The notes below the pieces were generated by a model. The model worked only from the letters and a program-made list of their open reading frames with translations. It made no database searches and was not told the origin of the DNA. Shown here piece after piece: positions 26,426 to 35,231 of a DNA stretch of 60,034 nucleotides (position 1 is the first letter of the stretch; each line of letters opens with the position of its first letter). This DNA is from Pyrinomonadaceae bacterium (GTDB lineage: Bacteria; Acidobacteriota; Blastocatellia; Pyrinomonadales; Pyrinomonadaceae): positions 1 to 60,034 of the forward strand of contig DASUSJ010000296.1 in NCBI GenBank assembly GCA_036375155.1. Direction: 5' to 3'. The position numbers were made by a program, and so were the translations under genes.

Positions 26426-27514
26426 ATGAATACTAGACAGATTCTCGCAATTCTCGTAGGTATTGCGTCTTTGGTCACCGGAATTCTTGCTGTTCAGATC
26501 ATCTGGTTTCCGCTCAGCCTGGGCGAGTCACCCGTTACGCCTTTGGCTCCTCCGCCTGCTCCGCTACACGAACGCGTGCTTCCTGATTTCATTCAAAAAC
26601 TTTCCGGGCCATTCAAGCATAAGAATCTTACTTTTTATCTTGTGCACGGTGCTGATTCGCTAAAAGGAAAAACGCCCCTCACGCTCGAAGAAGCGATGGA
26701 GCGCCGGCTCGTGGTCGTACATGAAACCGGCGACGTGAACGAGCTCTCGATCGAGAACGTTTCACGCAGCGACGAAGTCTTTGTTCAAGCGGGCGACATT
26801 GTGAAAGGTGGTCAGCAGGATCGCATGCTCGCGGTCGACCTTATAGTCCCTGCGAATTCGGGTCGCATTCCGATAGACTCTTTCTGCGTCGAGAGTGGTC
26901 GCTGGACTGCTCGCGGCGTGGAGTCGAAAGTAGAATTCAATTCGTCGGCCGAATACGCACCATCGAAAGATCTCAAGATGGCTGCAAAGCACAGCAAATC
27001 GCAAGGTGAGGTCTGGAGCAAGGTTGCCGAATCGCAAGAGAAGCTGAGTGCTGCCACGAATACAAACACCGCGTCCAGTGTGTCGCAGTCCAGCCTTCCG
27101 CTGACGTTGGAAAATCAAAAGGTCCGATCCGATTCAGGTGAATATGCAAGATTCCTGTCGGACATCGTTGATCACAAATCGGACGTCATCGGTATAGTCA
27201 TGGTGATCAACGGAAAGATCAACAGCGCGGACATCTACGGCTCAAGCGCTCTGTTTGTGAAGCTCTGGCCGAAGCTTCTTAAAGCCGCCGCGATAGAAGC
27301 CGTAGCCGAGTCGTCTGAAGAGGACCGGTCAAGAATCATTTTAACGACCGAGGACATCGTAGCGTTCCTGGATACCGCCGAACGATCACCTGTCACGGAA
27401 GAGCGCACCGTCACCGACCGTATCCGACTGATAACTCGAGCGTCGGAGACGTCGGTGTTTCTGACGAGTCTCGACCGGGAGACTGTTCTGCATCGGAATT
27501 ACTTGGTGAAGTGA
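26426..27514 (+). CDS. Membrane-anchored protein resembling the DUF6569 (ARPP-1-like) family
   Basis: GGAG lies 8 nt upstream. The N-terminal TM helix is ILAILVGIASLVTGILAVQIIWF. NLTFYLV...LTLEEAMERRLVVVHETGDVNELSIENVSRSDEVFVQAGDIVKGGQQDRML...IPIDSFCVESGRWT matches my recollection of that family. The family name is not verified. Confidence 0.75.
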   Translation: MNTRQILAILVGIASLVTGILAVQIIWFPLSLGESPVTPLAPPPAPLHERVLPDFIQKLSGPFKHKNLTFYLVHGADSLKGKTPLTLEEAMERRLVVVHETGDVNELSIENVSRSDEVFVQAGDIVKGGQQDRMLAVDLIVPANSGRIPIDSFCVESGRWTARGVESKVEFNSSAEYAPSKDLKMAAKHSKSQGEVWSKVAESQEKLSAATNTNTASSVSQSSLPLTLENQKVRSDSGEYARFLSDIVDHKSDVIGIVMVINGKINSADIYGSSALFVKLWPKLLKAAAIEAVAESSEEDRSRIILTTEDIVAFLDTAERSPVTEERTVTDRIRLITRASETSVFLTSLDRETVLHRNYLVK

Positions 27515-27566
27515 GACGTTTCCGCGTAAATGCTTTTTTTGGCCCGTCGCAGCCGATAGTGGTCAT

Positions 27567-27643
27567 CCCATTTGGGATTTTGGACTGAAAGAGTTCGCGG
27601 TCCCAGCTCCGGAATCCCAAATCGCAAAATCCAGATCCCCAAA
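27567..27643. repeat. Inverted pair of heptamer arrays between convergent genes
   Basis: cccatttgggattttgga (27567-27584) faces ggaatcccaaatcgcaaaatccagatccccaaa (27611-27643). The right arm abuts the stop codon at 27644. Confidence 0.8.
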
Positions 27644-28708
27644 CTACTTCTTGTCCGATACCGCTAACAGCTCCGCCAGATATTTCTGCCACAGTGCGGC
27701 GATCGTGTGGCTGCCATGACCGCGGGTTTCGTCGGAGATCGGCAGCAGGACGAACCTTCCGTTCTTCACTCGTTTGATTTCCCTTTCGGCTATACCGAGC
27801 TCCGGAGGATTGATCTGATCGTCCGCGGAATTTACGGCGAGCAGGTGTGCCTTTATGGTTTCGAGTTTCGGTGCCGGGTTGTAGTCTCTCGACGCGTCGA
27901 AGTGGTAGATCACGTCGTTGGCCTCATACAGGGGCAGGCGGGCCTTTATCGTTTCATCGAACAACTTGTCGGCGGCTTCCTTCGTCGGTGCCTGCTTCTG
28001 CATCTGCAGCGGCACGCTTCCCATGATCGTGAGCAGATAGACCGCCGTGGTGAGACCGCGAACGGGCTGCGACTTGTACTCACCATTCTGCCAATCCGGA
28101 TCGCTCTTAATCGAGTCGATTAGCATCCGGCGCCACATGCGGTTGCGTCCGGAGATCTCGACAGGCAGACTCGCGAGCGGCATCGCCGCGTCCATGAAAT
28201 CCGGATATTGTTCCGCCCAAACCCAGGAATGCATCCCGCCCATCGAGGTCCCCATCACCAGACGCAGTCGATTTACGCCGAGCTTCTCCGTCAGCAGGCG
28301 GTATTGCGCGGTTACCATATCTTGGTAATTGTAGTGCGGGAATTTCATCCGCAGCCCGTCGCTCGGCTTGCTCGAGGCGCCGTGCCCGATGTTGTCCGGG
28401 ATAACGATGAAATACTTTTCGGCGTCAAGCAGCTGTCCCTTGCCGAAAAGCGCCCCGGCAAACGACGGCCGCAGGAAATTCGCGTGGCTCCCGCCGGTGC
28501 CGTGCAGGACCAGCACGGCATTCGTCGTATTCCCGTTCTGGTCCTTGACCGCTTTTCCGAGGGTGACGTAGTGCATCTTGAGCTTAGGCAGGCTTTCACC
28601 ACTTTGGAACTTGAAATCGCTCATCAAGAAATCGCCCGGGACTGGCGGCGGATAATTTTGTGCGGCACTAACGCATGAGAACAGAAGAACCAGGAGCAGA
28701 GTTTTCAT
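27644..28708 (-). CDS. Secreted alpha/beta-fold hydrolase (homoserine O-acetyltransferase-like family)
   Basis: A signal peptide is present. FKFQSGESLPKLKMHYVTLG...NAVLVLHGTGGS is MetX-like. MGTSMGGMHSW is the GxSxG nucleophile elbow. Confidence 0.88.
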   Translation of the reverse strand: MKTLLLVLLFSCVSAAQNYPPPVPGDFLMSDFKFQSGESLPKLKMHYVTLGKAVKDQNGNTTNAVLVLHGTGGSHANFLRPSFAGALFGKGQLLDAEKYFIVIPDNIGHGASSKPSDGLRMKFPHYNYQDMVTAQYRLLTEKLGVNRLRLVMGTSMGGMHSWVWAEQYPDFMDAAMPLASLPVEISGRNRMWRRMLIDSIKSDPDWQNGEYKSQPVRGLTTAVYLLTIMGSVPLQMQKQAPTKEAADKLFDETIKARLPLYEANDVIYHFDASRDYNPAPKLETIKAHLLAVNSADDQINPPELGIAEREIKRVKNGRFVLLPISDETRGHGSHTIAALWQKYLAELLAVSDKK

Positions 28709-28727
28709 AGGCTTGGATTATACCCAC

Positions 28728-28806
28728 TTTGGATTTTAGATTTTGAATTTTTGCATTTGGGTGGGATCTCTTTACCTAATTCCATATCCGAAACCCAAAT
28801 GGGTTG
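28728..28806. repeat. Inverted pair of degenerate heptamer arrays
   Basis: tttggattttagattttgaatttttgcatttgggtggga ... attccatatccgaaacccaaatgggttg. Confidence 0.7.
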
Positions 28807-29030
28807 CGGCTTCGCCACTTGAGCGGAAACACTCCGCCTTTCCGGTAGCCGGCTATTGAATCTTTTCGCGTCGAAATCGCTCTGGCGATTTCGACGCGAA
28901 GTTGTTGAATGAAGCCACGGTGAGCCGAAAGCTCACCGCTCATCGGCGGGCGGCGGAGCCGCGGCATTCCATTAGGACATCGACGGAAAAGCGAAGCCTT
29001 CCCGCAATGGAGCGGCAAGCCGCAGTTCGA

Positions 29031-29543
29031 TCAAAGACCCGCCGCCGTTAGCGTAGCAGTTAACTTTTGTATAAGGGGCTTTACTACCTTTACCGACATT
29101 TCCGAGTGGCCCGCGCCGCTGGTCATAACACCCGGGCTCTGCGCCGTCGTGTCGCCTGAAAGTACTACCTTGCCGGTCCCGACCTTGATCAGTTGGGTCC
29201 TTACCGTCATCTGCCCGCGGCCGCCCGGGTTCGGCGCGTATTCGGTTACGGTGCCGGTCAGCACATAATCGACACCGAGCTTCTTGCCGATGCTGACCGC
29301 GCTGCCCCCACCTTGCGTCGCCGCCCTTGTGTTCCTCACATCGGGCACTTCGAATTCCCGGTTTTTCACGAGTGCGAACGCGATACTGCTTTGAAGCTGT
29401 CGCTTCGCCTCGGCGGTCATCGCCGTCGATGCGTCGCTGAATTCGATCACTGCGATTCTCGGCTTGGTTGATTTGTCCGACTGGGCGAGAGTCACGCCCG
29501 CCACCGCGATTCCTAGAATGACTGCTGTAAGTAAGTTCTTCAT
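29031..29543 (-). CDS. Secreted stand-alone CsgG/LpoB/TolB-N-like alpha/beta module protein (170 aa)
   Basis: ATG at 29543 follows GGAGGA. The signal peptide is MKNLLTAVILGIAVAGVTLAQS. The pattern PRIAVIEFSDAS...SSIAFALVKNREFEVPD...KLGVDYVLTGTVTEY...VRTQLIKVGTGKVV is shared with the periplasmic modules of the 36744 and 51376 proteins. Confidence 0.75.
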   Translation of the reverse strand: MKNLLTAVILGIAVAGVTLAQSDKSTKPRIAVIEFSDASTAMTAEAKRQLQSSIAFALVKNREFEVPDVRNTRAATQGGGSAVSIGKKLGVDYVLTGTVTEYAPNPGGRGQMTVRTQLIKVGTGKVVLSGDTTAQSPGVMTSGAGHSEMSVKVVKPLIQKLTATLTAAGL

Positions 29544-29868
29544 GATTCCTCCGATGTTTTTTTGTAGCCGACAATAACTGCGTTGAGAGATCGGAAAAAC
29601 TATCATTTCTATTTTGGATTTGTCGAGAGCCAGGCCTTATGCCGCGCAATGGAATCCCTGCCCTGTTAAAAACTCAGCTTCGTAATTCGTTTGACTCCAA
29701 GCCGTTACCTGCCATCCCGATAGTGTAGTGGCGCGAAAGTCTTGCAATCTCACTCTCAGACGCTATGCTTTTAAAAGTCACGCAGGATGCGTTTGGGTAG
29801 ACCGCAGCCGATTCCGGCCGGTTCTTCGCGCGTTTTGCAGTGGCGAATTAGATCAAGGAGGTGATTCT

Positions 29869-31953
29869 ATGCAGTTGAAAGACGCAGCCAGTAATTTTGG
29901 TCGTGTCGCATTTCTCCTCCCCCTCATCTTAATTGTCCTCGCAGCTGCGGACTCGGCTTATGCCTGCCCAGAACATACAAGCAAAGTCGCGTACCGCACA
30001 AAAGCAATAAAAACCAGAATGGTCTCGCATATGCCGACGACGGTGATCTCGTATAGAGCCCCGGCGTCATACAGGCGTTGCGGAACCAGCCTGTACGACA
30101 CCCGCGGCGCGAAGTACGTGGCGATGCGTAAGAACGGTAGCAGCGCAAGGTTCGTTGCGGTCCGTAACGACGCACCGCGCACAAAGTACATCGCGGTCCG
30201 CAACTACGAACCACGCAAAAAGTATGTCGCGGTTCGTAACGTCGATTTCGACGACGATGATCTCCATTATGTGGCGATCCGCCGAGACGTAAATCGTCCC
30301 GAGGCCGGCATGAGATACATCGCGGTTCGAAGCGGCTATCGTAAAGGAAACGGTATTGTTGCTTATATCGATGATGACCCTCGTTACGTAGCGGTTCGGC
30401 GTATCGCGCCGCGCACCCGGTACGTAGCCGTTCGCAATATCGACATCGACGATGAACCTGGATATGTTGCGGTGCGTACTGTTGCACCTCGTACCAGGTA
30501 CGTCGCAGTTCGCAACATCAATTCGGGCTGCACGCGTGCTATCGCGCTCCGAAGCTGTCTTGACAAGATCGAGACCACGAGCACGAGGCGCGTCGTTCTC
30601 CGAGACGATGACGGGTATTCGACCCGCACGAAGCATGTTGTTGTCCGCGATGAGATCGATGACGACGTATACCTGCACGGTGACCGAGACGATGTGTCCG
30701 TCCTCCGAGACGACATCGACGATGATGAGTACATCGAAGTCGCTGGCAAAACGCCGAAGTACGTTGAGTACCGAGACGCAACCTATTCCAACGGGAATAG
30801 TGCAACTTACATTGCGGCGAATGATTTCGAAGACACCTGTCTGCGAAATGTCGCCGTCCGCACTTGCCATCCTGATGCACTAAGCACCAGGACGATATCT
30901 TACGAGGTATTTGATGACGATGACTTGGACGATCAGGCGTTTTTCCATGACGACGGCGCGACTTACATCGCGGTCGAAGACATGGAAGACGCCTGCTTGC
31001 CACGTCGCGTCGTCAGCACAAGTCCGGCGACCTTCGTCACCTCGAGAGCAGTACGTTCTGTACCGGCGGTGTACGTTGACGATGACGCTTCACTAGATGG
31101 GAGCGGGCCACCGTATATCGCGACCAAGGACGCTGTTCCCTGGCCACGTTATGTCGCTTTAGATGACGATCGTGTCTTCGACGACCTCGACCCGACCTGG
31201 GTCGCTGAGGTCGAAGACACCTGCGTACGGCAGGGCGCTTTTTGCAACGTTGTCGACGATGTAGCTGCTGGCACAGTTAACTTCGTCCCGGTTAACGACT
31301 TCGAAAAGACGTACACCGAGACCGTTAGCTATGTACCGGCCGACGGCATCGAAAACATCGACGCCCGGACCGTAAGCTTTATACCGGTCCACGACACGAA
31401 TGTCACAACGGTGCGCTACATACCCGTAGATGATATCGATGTCGAGACGGTGAGCTATGTGCCGGTCGATGACATCGATGTCGAGACGGTACGCTATGTG
31501 CCGGTCGATGACATTGATGTCGAGACGGTAAGCTATCTTCCGGTCAATAACACGAGTGTTAAAACGGTGAGCTACGTGCCCGTCGACAGCGTCGACACAA
31601 GGTACGTCGCCGCCGACGAGTGTCCGGTGTTGGTGAGCAGCGTGGATGCGGAACCAGTTTACGTCGCTAACGCTTCGACGGTTCTTGTCGAGGAAGTCGA
31701 TAACGATCTGGTTGCCGGTCTGCGCGGCACACAGCGTATAGCCGGTGGGTTCGGTTATCGCGATGGGTTCGAAGATGGTCAGGAGGCCGCGCTTGAGGGC
31801 GACCTGTACCACCCTGAGAACTCGGGCGATTACAAAAAGGCGACCGAGGGCTACGAGGACGAGTTCGGCGACAAGGACGTCTATAAGGACGCGTACCGAA
31901 GTTCGTATCTCGACGGCTATCGCGCCGGATTTGAGTCCGGCGCCTCGGTATAG
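29869..31953 (+). CDS. Secreted tandem-repeat protein (694 aa) of unknown family
   Basis: AAGGAGGTG lies upstream of the ATG at 29869. The signal sequence is RVAFLLPLILIVLAAADSAYA. About 12 basic (K/R)Y(V/I)A(V/I)R(N/R) units alternate with poly-Asp. A 13-aa TVSYVPVDDIDVE unit occurs about 5-7 times. The C-terminus is GYRDGFEDG...GYRAGFESG. Confidence 0.8.
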   Translation: MQLKDAASNFGRVAFLLPLILIVLAAADSAYACPEHTSKVAYRTKAIKTRMVSHMPTTVISYRAPASYRRCGTSLYDTRGAKYVAMRKNGSSARFVAVRNDAPRTKYIAVRNYEPRKKYVAVRNVDFDDDDLHYVAIRRDVNRPEAGMRYIAVRSGYRKGNGIVAYIDDDPRYVAVRRIAPRTRYVAVRNIDIDDEPGYVAVRTVAPRTRYVAVRNINSGCTRAIALRSCLDKIETTSTRRVVLRDDDGYSTRTKHVVVRDEIDDDVYLHGDRDDVSVLRDDIDDDEYIEVAGKTPKYVEYRDATYSNGNSATYIAANDFEDTCLRNVAVRTCHPDALSTRTISYEVFDDDDLDDQAFFHDDGATYIAVEDMEDACLPRRVVSTSPATFVTSRAVRSVPAVYVDDDASLDGSGPPYIATKDAVPWPRYVALDDDRVFDDLDPTWVAEVEDTCVRQGAFCNVVDDVAAGTVNFVPVNDFEKTYTETVSYVPADGIENIDARTVSFIPVHDTNVTTVRYIPVDDIDVETVSYVPVDDIDVETVRYVPVDDIDVETVSYLPVNNTSVKTVSYVPVDSVDTRYVAADECPVLVSSVDAEPVYVANASTVLVEEVDNDLVAGLRGTQRIAGGFGYRDGFEDGQEAALEGDLYHPENSGDYKKATEGYEDEFGDKDVYKDAYRSSYLDGYRAGFESGASV
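31405..31595 (+). repeat. Intragenic 39-bp tandem repeat, about 5 units
   Basis: acggtgagctatgtgccggtcgatgacatcgatgtcgag is repeated with few substitutions and encodes TVSYVPVDDIDVE. Confidence 0.9.
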
Positions 31954-32074
31954 TTCGGAGTGACCCTTCGAACTCATGATGCCGAAGCGCGTCCCATTAC
32001 AGACGCTCTGGAATTAGCCCAGCGATGAATCGCTGGGCTAATTTTGCGAATTGATCAAAGTCCCGACGGCGCGC

Positions 32075-32243
32075 GGATTTGGTATGTGGGATTTGGGATC
32101 TGGGATCTGGGATTTGGTATTTGGGATTTGGGATGTGGGATTTGAGATTGGGATTTGAGATTTGAGATTTGAGATTTGAGATTTTGCATTGGAGGGGGGT
32201 TGGGATCGAAAGATCCGCAATCCGAAATCCGCGATCCCAAATC
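32075..32243. repeat. Long G-rich heptamer array (about 16 units) plus a degenerate inverse arm
   Basis: Units of GGGATTT, GGGATCT, GGGATGT and GAGATTT span 32075-32185, with 8 GGG runs at 7-nt spacing. gggggg lies at 32194. The inverse arm is atcgaaagatccgcaatccgaaatccgcgatcccaaatc (32205-32243). Confidence 0.92.
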
Positions 32244-32289
32244 GACATGGCTCGTTTTCCGGTTGGCCGCTTTGCTATACTTTCCTTCA

Positions 32290-32697
32290 ATGTTTCGGCG
32301 GAAGTCGCTAACAAAAGATGTTTTCGCGTTGTCGCTGGGTTTCGCGGTTTTTTGGGGACTGTTGGCGTGTGTGTCGCTCTGCACTCTCGAAACCGCACTT
32401 CACGAACAGGAACGATCCACGTGTGGAGATACTACCGCCGATGATGATCGTGCATATCGCGCTCAGCCGATCGATGACTGTTGTCTCTGTCCTGACATCT
32501 CATCCCCGGCCGGCACGACCCAGCAGCGCGAAACGGGTGAGCAGCTTGTTTCACTCGGCTCCGTTACGTCCCGCCTCCTTTTCGATGTCGGGCCGGCTCC
32601 GATCCCTTCGTACCGGACCTGCGACCTCGTAGACGATTCGACTCCTAAGATAAACGCGCCTCCGCTCTTCCTGCGCGTTCGAAGCTTCCGTATCTGA
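32290..32697 (+). CDS. Small membrane-anchored Cys-rich protein upstream of the TonB-dependent receptor
   Basis: ATG at 32290. The TM helix is VFALSLGFAVFWGLLACVSLC. It carries a DDCCLCPD motif and ends 83 nt before the receptor start. The upstream part of the 32176 ORF is heptamer repeat. Confidence 0.45.
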   Translation: MFRRKSLTKDVFALSLGFAVFWGLLACVSLCTLETALHEQERSTCGDTTADDDRAYRAQPIDDCCLCPDISSPAGTTQQRETGEQLVSLGSVTSRLLFDVGPAPIPSYRTCDLVDDSTPKINAPPLFLRVRSFRI

Positions 32698-32779
32698 TCC
32701 TCCGTTATTTGTGGACGCTTATCGCCTGGGCCTTTCCGGGCGCGAATACCGTTATTCAAATGATCGGGGAAACTTCACA

Positions 32780-34963
32780 ATGAAAATTATCTATAGCGTG
32801 TGTTTGGTGCTTGTGATAGCACTGATCCCGGCGCCGGCACAGGAGAAAAATACCAATACACTCAGAATTGCCGTAGAAAACGAGGACACAAAGGAACCCG
32901 TCCCCGGAGCAACGGTTTCGGTTCGCAACACCGAGATCAACGCAAAAACCGACGCAGGGGGAAGAGTCGTACTGATTGATATTCCGGATGGTGAGCAAAC
33001 CATCGAGGTATTTTTTCCCGGATACGAGACCAAGGAGTTGAAACTCACTTTTCCCCTCACTGACCAGAGCGAACGGCAGGTGCTGATAAAGGTCACGCAC
33101 GAGGCCGGTGAGGTTGTCATCACGACTACGCGCACGGGCCGCGAGATCGATGACGTGCCGACCCGCGTGGAAGCTATCGACGAAGAAGAGGTTGCTGAAA
33201 AAAGCAACATGCGATCATCGAACGTGTCGATGATCCTGAACGAGAGCACCGGCATCAAGGTGCAGCAAACCAGCGCGACGTCGTACACGCAGAGCATCCG
33301 CATTCAGGGTCTCGATGGACGCTACACGCAGATCCTAAAAGACGGCTTCCCTGCCTTCGGAGGTTTTTCAGGTAGCTTGAGCCTACTGGACATCCTCCCG
33401 CTGGATCTGAAGCAGGTCGAGATAATCAAAGGCCCGTCGGCTACGTTCTACGGAGGTGGTGCGATCGCGGGCGTCGTCAACTTCGTCAGCAAGGAGCCGG
33501 AAGATGAGCCAGTCACCTCGATGATATTCAATCAGACCTCGGCACTGGGTACCGACTTTTCAATATTCAACTCGCGGAAGTTCGACTGGTTCGGCTATAC
33601 ATTTCTCGGTTCGATCAACTACCAGAAGGAATACGATGTCGATGATGACGACTTCACAGAGCTCCCGAGAACCCACTCCTTTAATCTCAACCCGCGGCTG
33701 TTCTTTTACCTCGATGATCAGAGCCGTCTGATGGTCGGTAACGCAACGACTCACCAAGATCGTAAGGGTGGCGATGTGTTCGTCATTCGCGGTCATGCAG
33801 ACGCATTCCACCAGTATTTCGAGAACAACTGGTCGCTGCGGAACATTACGACTGTGCAGTTCGACCGCGACCTCTCCGCCGGCAAACGGATCGTCGCAAA
33901 GCAGAGCATCGCGTTCTTTGGGCGCGAGATAGAGATCCCGAATTACCGGTTCAACGGCCGCCAGTTCAATTCCTACACTGACATCAGCTACTTCCACCCG
34001 ATCGATAGCCACGCCTTGGTCTTCGGATTCAATGCGGTGTACGACCAATTCCGGGAGCAGCCGGATAGCACAAGTCCGATCAGGCGAGACGAAACGCGGA
34101 CGACCGTTGGCGGATATGTTCAGGACAATTTCGACATCACCGATAAGCTGTCGCTCGAGGCCGGATTCAGGCTCGACGTTGTCAGGGACTATGGCGTGTT
34201 TGCTCTACCGCGAGTTTCAGTACTCTACAAGTTCAATGACAATCTGAGCACTCGTGCAGGCTTCGGGTTTGGTTATAAGGCACCGAGCATGTTCACCGAA
34301 GAGGCCGAGACTTTGCTCTTCCAAAATGTCCTCCCGATCGGCAATGAATTGCAGGCGGAGCGTAGCCGCGGCGGAACTTTCGACATCAACTACCGGAACA
34401 GTATCGGCGAGAAGTTTTCTTACTCCATTAACCAGATGTTCTTCTACACCGAGATCGAAGACCCGCTCGTACTGGTCGCGAATCCTGACAGCAGCTTCAG
34501 CTTTACCAACGCGAGCGAACTGGTTAGAAGCTCCGGCTTCGAGACAAATGTCCGGGCATCTTACGACATCGTGAAGCTGTTTGCGGGTTACACCTTCACC
34601 CACGCGAAGGCCGGATATCTCGCTTCGAATCAGTTCTTGCCGCTCACGCCGACGAGCAAACTCAACTCTGCACTACTTGTTGAAAAGGAGGACAATTTCA
34701 AGGCGGGTCTCGAAGCCTATTACACGAGCAGCCAGTTTCTGCGGGACGGGTCTAAGACCAGACCGTACTGGGTGCTCGGTATTTTTGGCGAGAAGACGTT
34801 CGGAAAATTCAGCCTATTTATCAACGCGGAAAACATCACCGATACAAGACAGAGCCGCTTCGGGCAGGTCGTATTCGGCCCGCATCAAGATCCGACGTTC
34901 AGCGAGATTTGGACGCATACGGAAGGTCGGGTTTTCAATGGCGGGATCAAAATAAGGCTATAA
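32780..34963 (+). CDS. TonB-dependent receptor with an N-terminal carboxypeptidase-regulatory-like domain
   Basis: The signal peptide is MKIIYSVCLVLVIALIPAPAQ. TVSVRNTEINAKTDAGGRVVLIDIPDGEQTIEV is CarboxypepD_reg-like. The plug domain shows IRIQGLDGRYTQILKDGFP and VEIIKGPSATFYGGGAIAGVVNFVSK. A long beta-barrel region follows. Confidence 0.9.
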   Translation: MKIIYSVCLVLVIALIPAPAQEKNTNTLRIAVENEDTKEPVPGATVSVRNTEINAKTDAGGRVVLIDIPDGEQTIEVFFPGYETKELKLTFPLTDQSERQVLIKVTHEAGEVVITTTRTGREIDDVPTRVEAIDEEEVAEKSNMRSSNVSMILNESTGIKVQQTSATSYTQSIRIQGLDGRYTQILKDGFPAFGGFSGSLSLLDILPLDLKQVEIIKGPSATFYGGGAIAGVVNFVSKEPEDEPVTSMIFNQTSALGTDFSIFNSRKFDWFGYTFLGSINYQKEYDVDDDDFTELPRTHSFNLNPRLFFYLDDQSRLMVGNATTHQDRKGGDVFVIRGHADAFHQYFENNWSLRNITTVQFDRDLSAGKRIVAKQSIAFFGREIEIPNYRFNGRQFNSYTDISYFHPIDSHALVFGFNAVYDQFREQPDSTSPIRRDETRTTVGGYVQDNFDITDKLSLEAGFRLDVVRDYGVFALPRVSVLYKFNDNLSTRAGFGFGYKAPSMFTEEAETLLFQNVLPIGNELQAERSRGGTFDINYRNSIGEKFSYSINQMFFYTEIEDPLVLVANPDSSFSFTNASELVRSSGFETNVRASYDIVKLFAGYTFTHAKAGYLASNQFLPLTPTSKLNSALLVEKEDNFKAGLEAYYTSSQFLRDGSKTRPYWVLGIFGEKTFGKFSLFINAENITDTRQSRFGQVVFGPHQDPTFSEIWTHTEGRVFNGGIKIRL

Positions 34964-35059
34964 CGATCGTGGCAAGATCGACTTTCAGCGGCCAGCGTAT
35001 CTGCGTCCGTGTTTTCATGCGAGTTTTTGGTCCCAGGTTCCCCGAGTTAAGGCACTGGG

Positions 35060-35222
35060 CCCACTGAATCACACAAAAGATACGAGCTCCGCGGGCGCTT
35101 GTCGGATGGTGAGTGTGATTCGTGGTTACCTTTTTTGAAACCGCCGACCACACTGACCATACGAAGCGCAGGAGAGCATACACGAACTCGATCCTTACCA
35201 TCGCGAGTGATACGAAACGAAC
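35060..35222. repeat. Cluster of TTCGTG-family arms and a hairpin between convergent genes
   Basis: cactgaatcacacaaaagatacgag; ggtgagtgtgattcgtggttaccttttttgaaaccgccgaccacactgaccatacgaagc; gcatacacgaactcg...gtgatacgaaacgaac. Confidence 0.75.
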
Positions 35223-35231
35223 CCGCGCCCG

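Noticed and set aside
30067-31977. Long minus-strand ORFs (30067-30870 and 31159-31977) opposite the repeat-protein gene
   Set aside because: They mirror the periodic repeat DNA. The plus-strand frame has a strong RBS, a signal peptide and a continuous ORF across the whole region.
32075-32185. Eukaryotic telomere contamination (plant-type TTTAGGG)
   Set aside because: The unit is GGGATTT (permutation ATTTGGG), not TTTAGGG. The arrays are short, internal, and flanked on both sides by bacterial genes.
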